DNA from: Promethearchaeota archaeon
Lineage (GTDB): Archaea; Asgardarchaeota; Lokiarchaeia; Sigyniarchaeales; SOKP01
NCBI GenBank assembly: GCA_019057795.1
Contig: JAHLWS010000087.1
Location: forward strand, 1 to 64,000
Length of the DNA stretch: 64,000 bases
Direction of reading: 5' to 3'
Below are positions 10,104-20,490 of the stretch, piece after piece (within the stretch, counting starts at the first letter, position 1; each line of letters starts with the position of its first letter). A program made the position numbers and the translations under genes. The notes beneath the pieces are model-generated. The model was not told the origin of the DNA and ran no database searches. It saw only the letters and a program-made list of their open reading frames with translations.

Positions 10104-10227
10104 GTTTTTTCATTATGTTAAATTTAATTAAATAAATAAAACTTTTTACAATAGTTTAGCTTTGAGAATTATACATTCAAAATTATACATTATATATTAT
10201 TTCTAAAATAAATTTAGTTCGATAAAA

Positions 10228-11679
10228 ATGAAGGAAATAGAACCTAAAATTTTAACTAAAGAAGAAATTGAGCGAATTCCATCGGGAATTAACGAGGAAG
10301 AACTTATTGAGTTTGATAAACACGCACTTAATTCTTTTTATGAAGCGTTAACTGCTATAGAAGCAAAAGAACCTGGATCTTCGTGGGTGAAAGTAATTGA
10401 TAAAGAAGGTAATGTAAAAGAGATTCTTGATGCCACATCCATGAATTGGACTTTATCTCTTGGATTTGCACACCCGGATGTTAATTATGCAGCCTATCAA
10501 CAAATGATTAGACTAAATCACGTAAGATATAACGTATTAACTCCTGCTAGAGCAAAATTGGTAAATAAAATCGCAGAATTAGCTCCCGGGAAACTTAAAG
10601 GAGGAAGAATTTCATTAAACAATCAAGGTGGGGGATTAGCTAACGAAGCGGCTATCAAATTAGCAATGATGGCGTCAAGAGGGGCTGACCATTTTGGAGT
10701 TTTTTGGGGCGGCTATCACGGATCTACTTTAGTAATGACCACTGCCACTCAGCCAATGCATGCAGTAAACCGTTTCTCTAGTTTTGGATACGAACACTTC
10801 ACCAGAATGCCTTATCCTTATTGTTATAGATGCCTATGGAAGTATAAAGGAGGTTTAAACGGTAAAAAGGATCCTAGCTGCAATTTAGAATGTTTTGATT
10901 TAGTAGAAAACTATATACTTGGGATGGCACCAAAAAGATTTGCAGGGATTATGCTTGAACCAATTCAAGCTGCTGGAGGTCAAATACCAGCACCACCCGA
11001 ATTTTTACGAAAATTGAAGTTAGTATGTGAAGAAGAAAAAGTATTCCTAATATACGACGAATGTCAAACATGTATGTGGAGATGTGGAAAATATTTTACA
11101 ATAACCGAACGATACGAAAAGGAATTAAATATAGATGTTTCCCCAGATATGATGACATTTACTAAGGGAATCGGAGGAGGGTATCCGTTAGGTGTTTTAG
11201 TTGCATCTCCAAAAATCAAGAAAAGATTTGGTCCTTCGGAAGAGCACACTACGTTCAGCTCTGACCCATTATCATTTGCTACTTCACTGGCAGCAATTAA
11301 AGTTATCGAGAAAGCCAAATATGGAGAAAATTGCGAAAATATGGGTAATAAGATCACTAAACGACTATTTGAAATGCAAGAAGAATACGAAGTTATTGGA
11401 GATATCAGAGGTCCTGGATTATTTATCGGGATAGAATTAGTTAAAAACAGAGAGACACGAGAACCTTTCACAGAACTTTCTGAAGAGATGGTATTACTAG
11501 CACCAAAACATAACTTATACTTAGGACCAAGTATGCCAATTCTAACGGCCACAGGCAAACTTAGAAGACGAAATGTAATCAAAATCAAGCCACCTTTAGT
11601 TGTTACGGAAGAAGATACCGATTTTATATTAGAAAATTTTGAAATGACTCTAAAAGACGCGCTGAATAAGTTAAAATAA
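10228..11679 (+). CDS. Class III PLP-dependent aminotransferase
   Basis: GYHGST, EPIQAAGG, DECQT, TFTKGIGGG (PLP Lys), DIRGPGL. Confidence 0.9.
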   Translation: MKEIEPKILTKEEIERIPSGINEEELIEFDKHALNSFYEALTAIEAKEPGSSWVKVIDKEGNVKEILDATSMNWTLSLGFAHPDVNYAAYQQMIRLNHVRYNVLTPARAKLVNKIAELAPGKLKGGRISLNNQGGGLANEAAIKLAMMASRGADHFGVFWGGYHGSTLVMTTATQPMHAVNRFSSFGYEHFTRMPYPYCYRCLWKYKGGLNGKKDPSCNLECFDLVENYILGMAPKRFAGIMLEPIQAAGGQIPAPPEFLRKLKLVCEEEKVFLIYDECQTCMWRCGKYFTITERYEKELNIDVSPDMMTFTKGIGGGYPLGVLVASPKIKKRFGPSEEHTTFSSDPLSFATSLAAIKVIEKAKYGENCENMGNKITKRLFEMQEEYEVIGDIRGPGLFIGIELVKNRETREPFTELSEEMVLLAPKHNLYLGPSMPILTATGKLRRRNVIKIKPPLVVTEEDTDFILENFEMTLKDALNKLK

Positions 11680-11741
11680 CAAAAAAATACACTCTTTTTT
11701 TTATAAACTTAAAGACCTAAATGATTTCGTAGAAATTTTTT

Positions 11742-12254
11742 TTAATTTGATAATTTGTTTATTAGATTGCATATTTCCTGTGGATTTCTTGTAGAGAAAA
11801 CGAATGGTCTACCATCTTGAAATGTTAGTTTTACAGCCTCTCCGAAATCTGTGTTATAGGCCCATGAACCATCTGTCCCTAATCGAATTCCTACTCCCCA
11901 ATAAATTCTAAAATTTGCTTTAGTTATATCACAACGGGTTATTTTATTTAGGGGTATTTTTTTATGGTTAAAAATTCCATATTCTACATCAAGTTGATTT
12001 TTGGTTAAGGTGATTTTTAGCCCTCTATAGTTCCAATATAAAAGAAGAATAAATAGACTGAAAACACCTAATATTATGCCGAAAAATGTCAATTCTTTGG
12101 GTATGAAAGCAGTAATTATAATACCGATTGAAATAAATAATAAAAATACAAATAGCACCAAACCTTTTACAAATTTTCCAACTGGAATCCATTCTTTATA
12201 TAATAATTCTTCATTTTTTTGGATATTATTTTCATTAATTATTTTAATCACCAA
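11742..12254 (-). CDS. Two-TM membrane protein with a bacterial PH-like C-terminal domain
   Basis: Two hydrophobic helices followed by YWGVGIR...FVFSTRNPQEI. Confidence 0.65.
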   Translation of the reverse strand: MVIKIINENNIQKNEELLYKEWIPVGKFVKGLVLFVFLLFISIGIIITAFIPKELTFFGIILGVFSLFILLLYWNYRGLKITLTKNQLDVEYGIFNHKKIPLNKITRCDITKANFRIYWGVGIRLGTDGSWAYNTDFGEAVKLTFQDGRPFVFSTRNPQEICNLINKLSN

Positions 12255-12411
12255 TTTAATGTTGTTTCTTTCACCATATTAACTATAAAGATTTTTCTTT
12301 TTATTATTTATAGGGTATTTTATTAAATAAGCATTCTTTGATGCAAACAGTACAACCAAACATTCTTGAAAACACAAATAAATAGTACATGGCTGCACTA
12401 ATTTAATTTCA

Positions 12412-13878
12412 TTAAATTCCTTTAGTAACCCGCTTTTTTCTATAAATTTCTAAAACTGTCGGCATAAATAACCTATTAAGTTTTTTATACACCTTTAGAT
12501 TTGCTTTATCAGGGTTGAATTCTTTTTCAAATCTGACCATTTTTTCAATTGCGTTATCTATACTATTATAATTCTTACAACCATAAAATCCTAATATAGC
12601 AGCACCTAAAGCTGAACTATCCTTAACTTCTGGGACAATAACTTTTTTATTCATAACATCGGCCAAAATCTGAGACCATAAGGCGCTGTTCATCCCTCCA
12701 CCATCTACCTTTACCTCTGTGGTTTTAGTGTGAGCTATTGCCTCTATCAATCCTAGGTACATTTGAGCACTTAATGCCGCAGATTCTAGTATAGAACGGA
12801 TCATATGTCCTCTGGAATGATTCCATGCCAGACCGTGTATGGTTCCCTTTCTAAACATTTGTAAAGGGATAAACAATAACCCTTCACTTCCTGCAGTAAC
12901 TTCTTCCGCTTCTTTACTTAAAGCATCGTAGATGTTAAGATTTTTTTCCTCACATTCTTTATTTTGCAATCGAGAAAAATTATCCTTAAACCATTTTAAT
13001 GCAGTTCCAGTTCCGGGCATAGCTCCTTCTAACATCCATTTTCCTTTAATAACGTGGGGTAGAGGGAATATCGGGATATCTCCTCCGGGAAGTTGAGCTG
13101 GTTCATCACCAGTTACTAAGTTTGTAATGGTATATGTTCCCATTGTTATTTTAGCTTGATTCTGATTAATTACGCCCATTCCTAAAGCTGAGCATTGTTG
13201 ATCCCCTCCTCCTAATACTACAGGAATTTTACTTTTTAATCCAAGTTCTCCCGCAGCTTTACTAGATAACTCACCTAGTATTTCTCCGGGTGTATGAATT
13301 TCAGGCCATAAATCCACTGGTAAATCAAATCTATCAGCAAGATTAGAATCCCAATCTAACGTTTTCATATTCATTATTCCATAAATCGCACTTGTAGGTT
13401 CCGTGATGAGTAAATCACTTCCACATAACTTCATATAAATATATGTATCTGCAAAGATTATTTTATAAACCTTACTAAATAAATCAGGTTTCTCATTTTT
13501 TAACCATAAAATCTTAGGAATTGCCAACCTCAATCCTTCTTCTTGTTGGGGGGCGAATCCCCTTTCATCCATCGCTAATATTGACGGATGCAAAACTTCT
13601 CTATTCTTATCAATTATAACCGAAGTTCCTCGAAGGATTCCAGCACATATCCCAATTATATCATTTATATCTACTTTTTTAGCAACTTGATTACAAGTAT
13701 TCTTGATACCCTTCCACCAAATTTTAGGATCTTGTTCTGAAACACCAACTGGTTGCTTAACAACAGGATATTCTTCATATGCTCTGGCAATTTCTTTCCC
13801 ATTTACATCAAAAATAATGGTTCTTGAGCCTGTAGTCCCAACATCAAACACACACAATAAATCACTCATTTCCATCAC
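12412..13878 (-). CDS. FGGY-family carbohydrate kinase (xylulokinase-like)
   Basis: DVGTTGSR, EQDP, GGGDQQC, DGGG, SALGAA. Confidence 0.9.
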   Translation of the reverse strand: MMEMSDLLCVFDVGTTGSRTIIFDVNGKEIARAYEEYPVVKQPVGVSEQDPKIWWKGIKNTCNQVAKKVDINDIIGICAGILRGTSVIIDKNREVLHPSILAMDERGFAPQQEEGLRLAIPKILWLKNEKPDLFSKVYKIIFADTYIYMKLCGSDLLITEPTSAIYGIMNMKTLDWDSNLADRFDLPVDLWPEIHTPGEILGELSSKAAGELGLKSKIPVVLGGGDQQCSALGMGVINQNQAKITMGTYTITNLVTGDEPAQLPGGDIPIFPLPHVIKGKWMLEGAMPGTGTALKWFKDNFSRLQNKECEEKNLNIYDALSKEAEEVTAGSEGLLFIPLQMFRKGTIHGLAWNHSRGHMIRSILESAALSAQMYLGLIEAIAHTKTTEVKVDGGGMNSALWSQILADVMNKKVIVPEVKDSSALGAAILGFYGCKNYNSIDNAIEKMVRFEKEFNPDKANLKVYKKLNRLFMPTVLEIYRKKRVTKGI

Positions 13879-14067
13879 TTAAAATATTTAAATTTCTTTA
13901 AGAACAACTTTGAGATTTCAAAATTTATAAAGTTTTCATTATTTAAGAGTCTGTTTAAAATTAATTTAATACCTGATGTTAGAAAATAAAATTATAGTTC
14001 TAATCAATTCTATCTTTTTTAATTCGAACAGTCGAAAAGACAAGAATGGAAATAATTTTTAAACTAG

Positions 14068-17000
14068 TTATTTAATTTGAATAATAGCAAATGAGCTTAA
14101 ATTAGTGTAATATTTTGCCAAATTTCTTTTATCCATATCCTTTTTGAGATCCTCGTATTCAAAGGCCAGATCGTCTAGTTTTTTATCGATAGATGATATA
14201 TTTTTTTTGAGAAATTGTTGTTCTTCTTTCAAATTCTCAATTTTATCTAAACGCTCTTGTTTTTTTATTCTATCATCTATATTTTTAATGTTTAATAGTT
14301 GTCTTTCGGTTGGGCTCTGGCCTTTTTTTTTCTCTAACTTTTGTCTTAAAGATTCTTGTCTAAAACTTAATACTCTCCTTTTGTAACTATATATTTTCTC
14401 TTTCTTAGAGGTCTCGATGTCAAATATTTTAGCGTTTAAAGCTTTAATTTCCTTTTTCCATTGAGAAGTTTTCCATTTTACAAGATTTTTAGCTTTTTGA
14501 GTAAGTTGCTCAAGAAAACTTAGGCCTAATTGAGCTTTATTAGGAGCATCTAGATCGCTAACTAAGTAATCTTGAAACCTTTTAATATCTAGCACTGTAT
14601 CTGCTAAATCTGGAATCTCATTCCCGTTATTATCCACTATTACAGCAGAGAATTGATTTTCTAATATGTAGCCTTGAAATTTTATGTTAAATACGAATAA
14701 ATAAAGGTCTTTTTTGGAAGATAAAAGATTGATTAAATGTTCTGGTAGGTTATCCTTCATTAAATTGAGTATAGTAAATGTCCCCTCTAAATCACTTGAT
14801 GTACAAAAATCTAATACTTCGTTAATTAGTGGATGTCCTAACGCAAAAAAGTCGATTTCTTCTCGTTCTCTTGCCAGATTCAAATCAAATGTACCTACAT
14901 ATTCCTTTGAGAATCTATACCTGGGATTTTTAAGTAAAATGTCGTTTATCGTAATTTTTGTTTCAAAACCTATTTTTTCAGAAGCTTTGATGCCTTCTTC
15001 TTTAAGGACATCTACAAAACCAAACTTATTATTATTGAGGTTAAAGAAATATTTCGTTAGTAAAAATAATTCGTTATGACTAAGCCTTACTTCTTTGCAT
15101 GATGTCCAAGAAGTTATTAAATCGTCGATTCGAAAAGACTTTTTGTCAATCAGTAAATCGTCTAGTTGCATTTCCATTTCTCGCGCCCTTTTTACTTCAA
15201 GATCTAACCTTCTATTGAATTCGTTTAATTTTTTCCTTCTCTTGCCTTTTTCTTCAGTAAAGATAATATTTTTTATATCTTTTTGTATTCTACCTATAAT
15301 CGGTTCTAATTGTCCTATAGATTCTTCGAATAGGTGAATTCTTTTATCGAGCGCGAACATAATATCTGTTTCTACAGTTCCTTCCATATAAAAGTTATAA
15401 ATGTAAATCTCTTTGGACTTTTGACCTATCCTATCAAGTCTACCAATTCGTTGTTCCAATTTCATAGGATTCCACGGTAAATCGTAATTTATTAAAACCC
15501 GCGCAAATTGAAAATTTCTACCCTCGCCACCGATTTCCGTAGAAAGTAAAATAGAGAATTTATTGCTTTCTCGGAATCTCTCTACAGCTTCATCTTTTTC
15601 GACCTTATTTAAGCCTCCGTAAAAAGTTTCTACGTAATAATCTTGTTTTTGTTTGTTCAATAAATCTTTTAAATATAATAGGGTGTCTACAAATTGCGTA
15701 AAGATTAATATCTTTTCGTTAGAATTTAGATAGTAAATCTTATTTAACAATTCGATTAATTTCTCAGATTTAGAATCGTAAGGTAATGCTTTTAAATTGT
15801 CATAAAATTGCCTTATTATTTTTTCTTGGTTAAGCAAACCTAAGGAAGTTTTTTCTGATTTTTTAACTAAGTCGTTATCGTTATTGTAAGTAAAGTCAGA
15901 ATCAATATATTGATCTTTCAATTCCGATTCATAATATTCCGGATTTTCATCCTTTAATATATCTAATTCAAGAGAAATGCTTTTTAAGCGCTCAATCTGT
16001 TCTAGTCTTCTATCGAGGCTTTTTAAAAACGCGTATTTGGAGCTTGTAAGTAATTTTTGCAAAGTCGTTATAATAAATCCAATTCCTATGTTCTCTTTAT
16101 TTGTTGCGGTATTGTAAATTTTCGCTAAATAGAGTCTAATTTCCTCATAAATTTCTAATTCTTGCTTCGTAGGGTTTATAACAATAGTTTTAACAACTCG
16201 TTCGTTTAAAAACTCTTTTGAAAATACATTCTTTTTACGATTCCTAATTAGAAACTTTGATAAAGTGTGGTCCTCTTCAATTTTCTTTAATAAATTTAAT
16301 TTATAATTATCATTTTTTAACAGTTTTAGTATTCCTTCATCATTTTTGTTACTAATTATGTACTTTAGGTTCTTAAGAAGTTTTATAGTATTTTTTACTT
16401 CGAAATTATTTAATTTATCAATTTGGTTAACGTTAGCAACTAGTAAATTTATAAACGGCATGTTTTTTCTAAAATGTTCGAAATCTGAAAAATTATCAAA
16501 AGCTTCTCCTTGGACTAATTCTATAAGCGAATACAATTCAAACGAGTGCAGTTGTAAAGGTGTTGCAGATAATAGTAATAAAGATTCAGTGGAAAGGCTT
16601 AAATTCCTTGCTAAATCGTAATTTAAGGTTTCCCTATAATTTCCAGTTGCGGCATTAATTAAATATCTTCGCAAATGATGGGCTTCGTCAAAAACAATTA
16701 TATCCCATGAAATTTGAGAAAGAAAGTTTATATATTTTCTATTTTTCGCAAATTGTAGAGAACAAATAATAAGATTATCGTAATAGAATGGGTTTTGAAA
16801 CAACTCAGAGCTAGTACGATTTCCGATTTTCTTTAATTCTTTGATTTTTTTCCCATCGTATATAGTAAATTCAATGTTAAATTTGTTTAGCATTTCGAAG
16901 CTCCATTGTTGCACAAGTGTTGCGGGAACAACTATTAGAATTCTTTCAGCGAGATTTCTTGCCATCATTTCTTTGATATAAATACCTGCTTCAATCGTTT

Positions 17001-17676
17001 TTCCTAGTCCTACTTCATCAGCTAGAATTATGCGAGGAAAATATTCTTCAGATAATCGATGCGCCACATTTATTTGGTGTGGCATAAGAGAAAGTCTAGA
17101 ATTGGTTATACATTTTATTTGATAGGATGTGTAATACGAATAAAAAAGATTAGCCCAGTACTTTAGTAAGAAGTTCTCTGGAGGGTCAATTCTTTGCTTT
17201 GAAATTATTCTTTTTACGGGAGTTTCATACTTTGAAATTATTTCAGATTCGTAGATTTGAGCTAATTTTCCATTTGGAAATATTGTTTCATAGGATAAAT
17301 TTCCATCTTTTATTACAAAATTTTTGGAATTAATTACTCCAACTCCTTTTTTAGTAATTATTCTTTCGTTAACCTCAAAAACGTAATGTATGAGATCAAG
17401 AGGATGAATAATTTTAATTATATTATTTTCAAATAAAACTTTATATTTGGTTATAAAGTAAGAATCCTCGCCATCTAACGACCTGGAAGCTGGGATGTCT
17501 ATTTTTTTTACAATTCTACCAATGTCTAAATCAGAATTTAATCTGAAGATGACTAAATTACCTAAGTTGAATTTATGCCCTTGACAATATACATTAAAGC
17601 ATTTCGTCAATCTTGATTCTAACGAGTTGTTACAAAACGGACACTGATATTTAAGAGTCCTAATATTATTGATCAT
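14068..17676 (-). CDS. SNF2-family helicase/ATPase, RapA/HepA-like
   Basis: PHQ, LADEVGLGKTIEAG, DEAHH, SATP, STEIGGEGRNFQ, DLPWNPMKLEQRIGRLDRIGQ. It has an N-terminal CPFC..C..C and a C-terminal coiled coil. Confidence 0.92.
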   Translation of the reverse strand: MINNIRTLKYQCPFCNNSLESRLTKCFNVYCQGHKFNLGNLVIFRLNSDLDIGRIVKKIDIPASRSLDGEDSYFITKYKVLFENNIIKIIHPLDLIHYVFEVNERIITKKGVGVINSKNFVIKDGNLSYETIFPNGKLAQIYESEIISKYETPVKRIISKQRIDPPENFLLKYWANLFYSYYTSYQIKCITNSRLSLMPHQINVAHRLSEEYFPRIILADEVGLGKTIEAGIYIKEMMARNLAERILIVVPATLVQQWSFEMLNKFNIEFTIYDGKKIKELKKIGNRTSSELFQNPFYYDNLIICSLQFAKNRKYINFLSQISWDIIVFDEAHHLRRYLINAATGNYRETLNYDLARNLSLSTESLLLLSATPLQLHSFELYSLIELVQGEAFDNFSDFEHFRKNMPFINLLVANVNQIDKLNNFEVKNTIKLLKNLKYIISNKNDEGILKLLKNDNYKLNLLKKIEEDHTLSKFLIRNRKKNVFSKEFLNERVVKTIVINPTKQELEIYEEIRLYLAKIYNTATNKENIGIGFIITTLQKLLTSSKYAFLKSLDRRLEQIERLKSISLELDILKDENPEYYESELKDQYIDSDFTYNNDNDLVKKSEKTSLGLLNQEKIIRQFYDNLKALPYDSKSEKLIELLNKIYYLNSNEKILIFTQFVDTLLYLKDLLNKQKQDYYVETFYGGLNKVEKDEAVERFRESNKFSILLSTEIGGEGRNFQFARVLINYDLPWNPMKLEQRIGRLDRIGQKSKEIYIYNFYMEGTVETDIMFALDKRIHLFEESIGQLEPIIGRIQKDIKNIIFTEEKGKRRKKLNEFNRRLDLEVKRAREMEMQLDDLLIDKKSFRIDDLITSWTSCKEVRLSHNELFLLTKYFFNLNNNKFGFVDVLKEEGIKASEKIGFETKITINDILLKNPRYRFSKEYVGTFDLNLAREREEIDFFALGHPLINEVLDFCTSSDLEGTFTILNLMKDNLPEHLINLLSSKKDLYLFVFNIKFQGYILENQFSAVIVDNNGNEIPDLADTVLDIKRFQDYLVSDLDAPNKAQLGLSFLEQLTQKAKNLVKWKTSQWKKEIKALNAKIFDIETSKKEKIYSYKRRVLSFRQESLRQKLEKKKGQSPTERQLLNIKNIDDRIKKQERLDKIENLKEEQQFLKKNISSIDKKLDDLAFEYEDLKKDMDKRNLAKYYTNLSSFAIIQIK

Positions 17677-17894
17677 GTAATTAATTTTCTCTCTATTAAT
17701 TCTATGTACGACAGATTAAAGTAAAAATTTTAGTATTATAAATTATTGGCTTTCCATAAGAGTCAATTATATCTATGACTTCAACTAGATGTACTTTAAT
17801 TCATTTAAGGAATTAGGTAAAATTTCTAAAATTAATAGGTTGTTTAATTAATCAAAAAAGACTATTCAAAAAAAATTCTCTTTTTTAATGGACC

Positions 17895-19283
17895 TCATTT
17901 TTGGCTTAAAGCTTTCTCTAAGATTGTATTTGAACACTCAATAGCGCTCGTAGCTGCAAGCTCAGTGCCAATACCCCACCCACCTGCGTCTCCGCCAACC
18001 ATATATAATCCCTCTATTGGTAAAGCTACAGATGGTCTATTTATTCCTGATTGGTTATTAGTCTGGGCAATCCCTACAACAGCGCTTTGTTTGCCATACA
18101 TTAAATCAATATCTTCTGGTGTTGTTACATCATACCAAAGAAGGTTAGCAGATATTCCCGGAAATACATTTTCAAGAGTATTTAAAGAGTTTTCGATCCA
18201 CTCTTTTTTATTTTTTTCAAAATTTTCACGAGGGACTATTGTACCTGCAGTTAGTAATTGATTTTCCTTTGGAGCCATGGTACTATGATAATTTGATGGT
18301 ACAGGAATAAAGTAGTCAATTTCATCAGGTACTTTTCCTTTCGACATTTGACTATAATATTCTTCTACGTCTTCTGAGCTGAAAGATACAACCATTTTAT
18401 AGGGAGTTATTGGTTTTTTTAGAGCAAGTTTTAATGTAATTGCACTTAATGAGTATAAGAGATTATCTACTTTTTGAAGAAAAACGTTCTCGAAATGTTC
18501 TCTTCCTACTAGCGTATTTACCGTATCTTTAATTCCAGCATTAGAGATAACAATATTAGAGGAAATAAACTCTCCATTATCAAGCTCAACCCCTTTTGCT
18601 TTTCCGTCTTCTACCACAATTTTATTTGCCGTAGTCTTTGTTAAAATTTTTCCTCCCATCTTTTTTATTCCCTCAACATAAGCTAAAGGGATCGAGATAC
18701 ATCCGCCTTTTGGATAACCAACGCTCTGATACTTACTAAGGGAAGTTAAACATCTGATAAATTCCCCCGTGGACACTTGATGATAGGGTATTACAAAATA
18801 CAATCCTGAAATCATGTAAAAGTACCTATGAATTAATGCATTGTTCGTATATTGAGATAACCACGATTTAACATCAATTTCATCTAATGTACTAGTATCT
18901 TTTATTTTAGAAACCTCAGTAATTAGACTTAGTAATTTCATTAATTCTTCTTTAGGAAGAAATTTCCTTAAATCTTCTGGAAATCCATGAAAACCACCTT
19001 TATAATACCAGCGTGACTCTCCTGGCCCTAATATGTTCCAATCGATGGCACTCTCCATACCAATCATCTCTAATACTTTACCAAGAGGACCTTTATTTGA
19101 CCTTGCAAAAGAATGGACTCCAACATCTATTTTGAAACCATCCTTTTCATAAGTACTACATCTGCCCCCGATTATTTCATTTTTCTCGATAAGAAGCGTA
19201 TTTAAATTTTTAGAAGCTAAAAGAGCCCCTACTGCAGTGCCTCCTACACCACTGCCGATTATTATTATATCATAATCACTCAA
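17895..19283 (-). CDS. Phytoene dehydrogenase-like FAD-dependent oxidoreductase
   Basis: IIGSGVGG, EKNEIIGGRC, YPKGG, GLYMVG. Confidence 0.85.
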   Translation of the reverse strand: MSDYDIIIIGSGVGGTAVGALLASKNLNTLLIEKNEIIGGRCSTYEKDGFKIDVGVHSFARSNKGPLGKVLEMIGMESAIDWNILGPGESRWYYKGGFHGFPEDLRKFLPKEELMKLLSLITEVSKIKDTSTLDEIDVKSWLSQYTNNALIHRYFYMISGLYFVIPYHQVSTGEFIRCLTSLSKYQSVGYPKGGCISIPLAYVEGIKKMGGKILTKTTANKIVVEDGKAKGVELDNGEFISSNIVISNAGIKDTVNTLVGREHFENVFLQKVDNLLYSLSAITLKLALKKPITPYKMVVSFSSEDVEEYYSQMSKGKVPDEIDYFIPVPSNYHSTMAPKENQLLTAGTIVPRENFEKNKKEWIENSLNTLENVFPGISANLLWYDVTTPEDIDLMYGKQSAVVGIAQTNNQSGINRPSVALPIEGLYMVGGDAGGWGIGTELAATSAIECSNTILEKALSQK

Positions 19284-19607
19284 TATCTTGCACCCACGCT
19301 CTAATAATTATAGTAATTCCATATATGAAAATTGGGTTTAAATGTTAATATGATATCTTTATTTAAAAAATTAACAATTTTGTATTAATTGTTTAAAAAC
19401 ATCTCAAAATAAGACAAAGAAAAAAAGCTATAATATTCATTCTAAAATTATATTATTTTTTGGATTCTAACGCCTTACTACAAAAAGGGTACTTATATTT
19501 AAGAGCCTTAAGATTGTTAATCATAAAATTATTATTCTCTCTATTTAATCTAAATATTACAAATAAAAGTAAAAATTTTGTTATTATAAATTATTGAGGT
19601 ATTTTTT

Positions 19608-20471
19608 ATGGAAACTGAAAAAGTTGAACCTACTTTTGTTGGAGAGAACGACGATTTAGTATTTGTCGTTCCCAAAGAACTTTTTACAATGAAATTATCA
19701 ACCGAACAGAAATTGGACCGAGAAACCGCAAAAGAATATAGTAAGTATTTAACAGGGACATTTAAAGGCTTTCAAAAGGCGAACAAAACGAAATATCAAA
19801 ATGGCGATAATAACAAGACCGAGACGACACCTGAATTTTGGGTAGAGTTTGAGAATTTAGCTAAAGAAAAGGGAATTGCTCTTATTGGTTATACACCCGT
19901 GTTAGAAAACTACATTTTCAAAAATCTTCCAATTGTAGGAAAGAACACAATAATTTTAGGTATGGAAATGGATTGGGATAAGATCGAAACAGCTCCAAGC
20001 ATTGATGTTAGCATTGAGGCGTTTAGAGTGTATTACGACTTAGGAGAAAAAACGATCGAGTTAACGCGATTTCTGCAAGAAAAAGGTTACAAGACGGAAG
20101 CTCATCATCCCTTTGGAGGAAAACTCTTGTTTACAGCTCACGCTGTAGCTGCGGGGTTAGGAATAAAGGGGCGGAATGGGTTAATTATTAGTCCCGAGTT
20201 TGGTCCGAGACAAAGGTGGAGCGCGATAACTACGGATGCCAATATCCCCGAAACAAAGAAAGTAGATCTTAGCGATATGGAAGATTTTTGCGAGAATTGC
20301 GGTGTTTGCATAAAAGATTGTTTAGGTGGAGCTACTTATGAAGAACCAATTGAGAAAGTAAAAGGTTCTGGCATTTTCACTCACATAGATCGCTCAAAAT
20401 GCATGGAAAGTTTATTGAACAATAATTATTGCTCTTATTGTTTAAAAATATGCCCCCAAGGACATAAATAA
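19608..20471 (+). CDS. Reductive dehalogenase/QueG-like Fe-S protein
   Basis: AVAAGLGIKGRNGLIISPEFGPRQRWSAITTD, CENCGVCIKDC, C-x8-CSYCLKICP. No Tat signal. Confidence 0.8.
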   Translation: METEKVEPTFVGENDDLVFVVPKELFTMKLSTEQKLDRETAKEYSKYLTGTFKGFQKANKTKYQNGDNNKTETTPEFWVEFENLAKEKGIALIGYTPVLENYIFKNLPIVGKNTIILGMEMDWDKIETAPSIDVSIEAFRVYYDLGEKTIELTRFLQEKGYKTEAHHPFGGKLLFTAHAVAAGLGIKGRNGLIISPEFGPRQRWSAITTDANIPETKKVDLSDMEDFCENCGVCIKDCLGGATYEEPIEKVKGSGIFTHIDRSKCMESLLNNNYCSYCLKICPQGHK

Positions 20472-20490
20472 GCTAATTTATAACAAAAAT

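Noticed and set aside
10167-10191. Direct repeat AATTATACATT x2 between divergent genes
   Set aside because: It is short and AT-rich, so it cannot be distinguished from chance.
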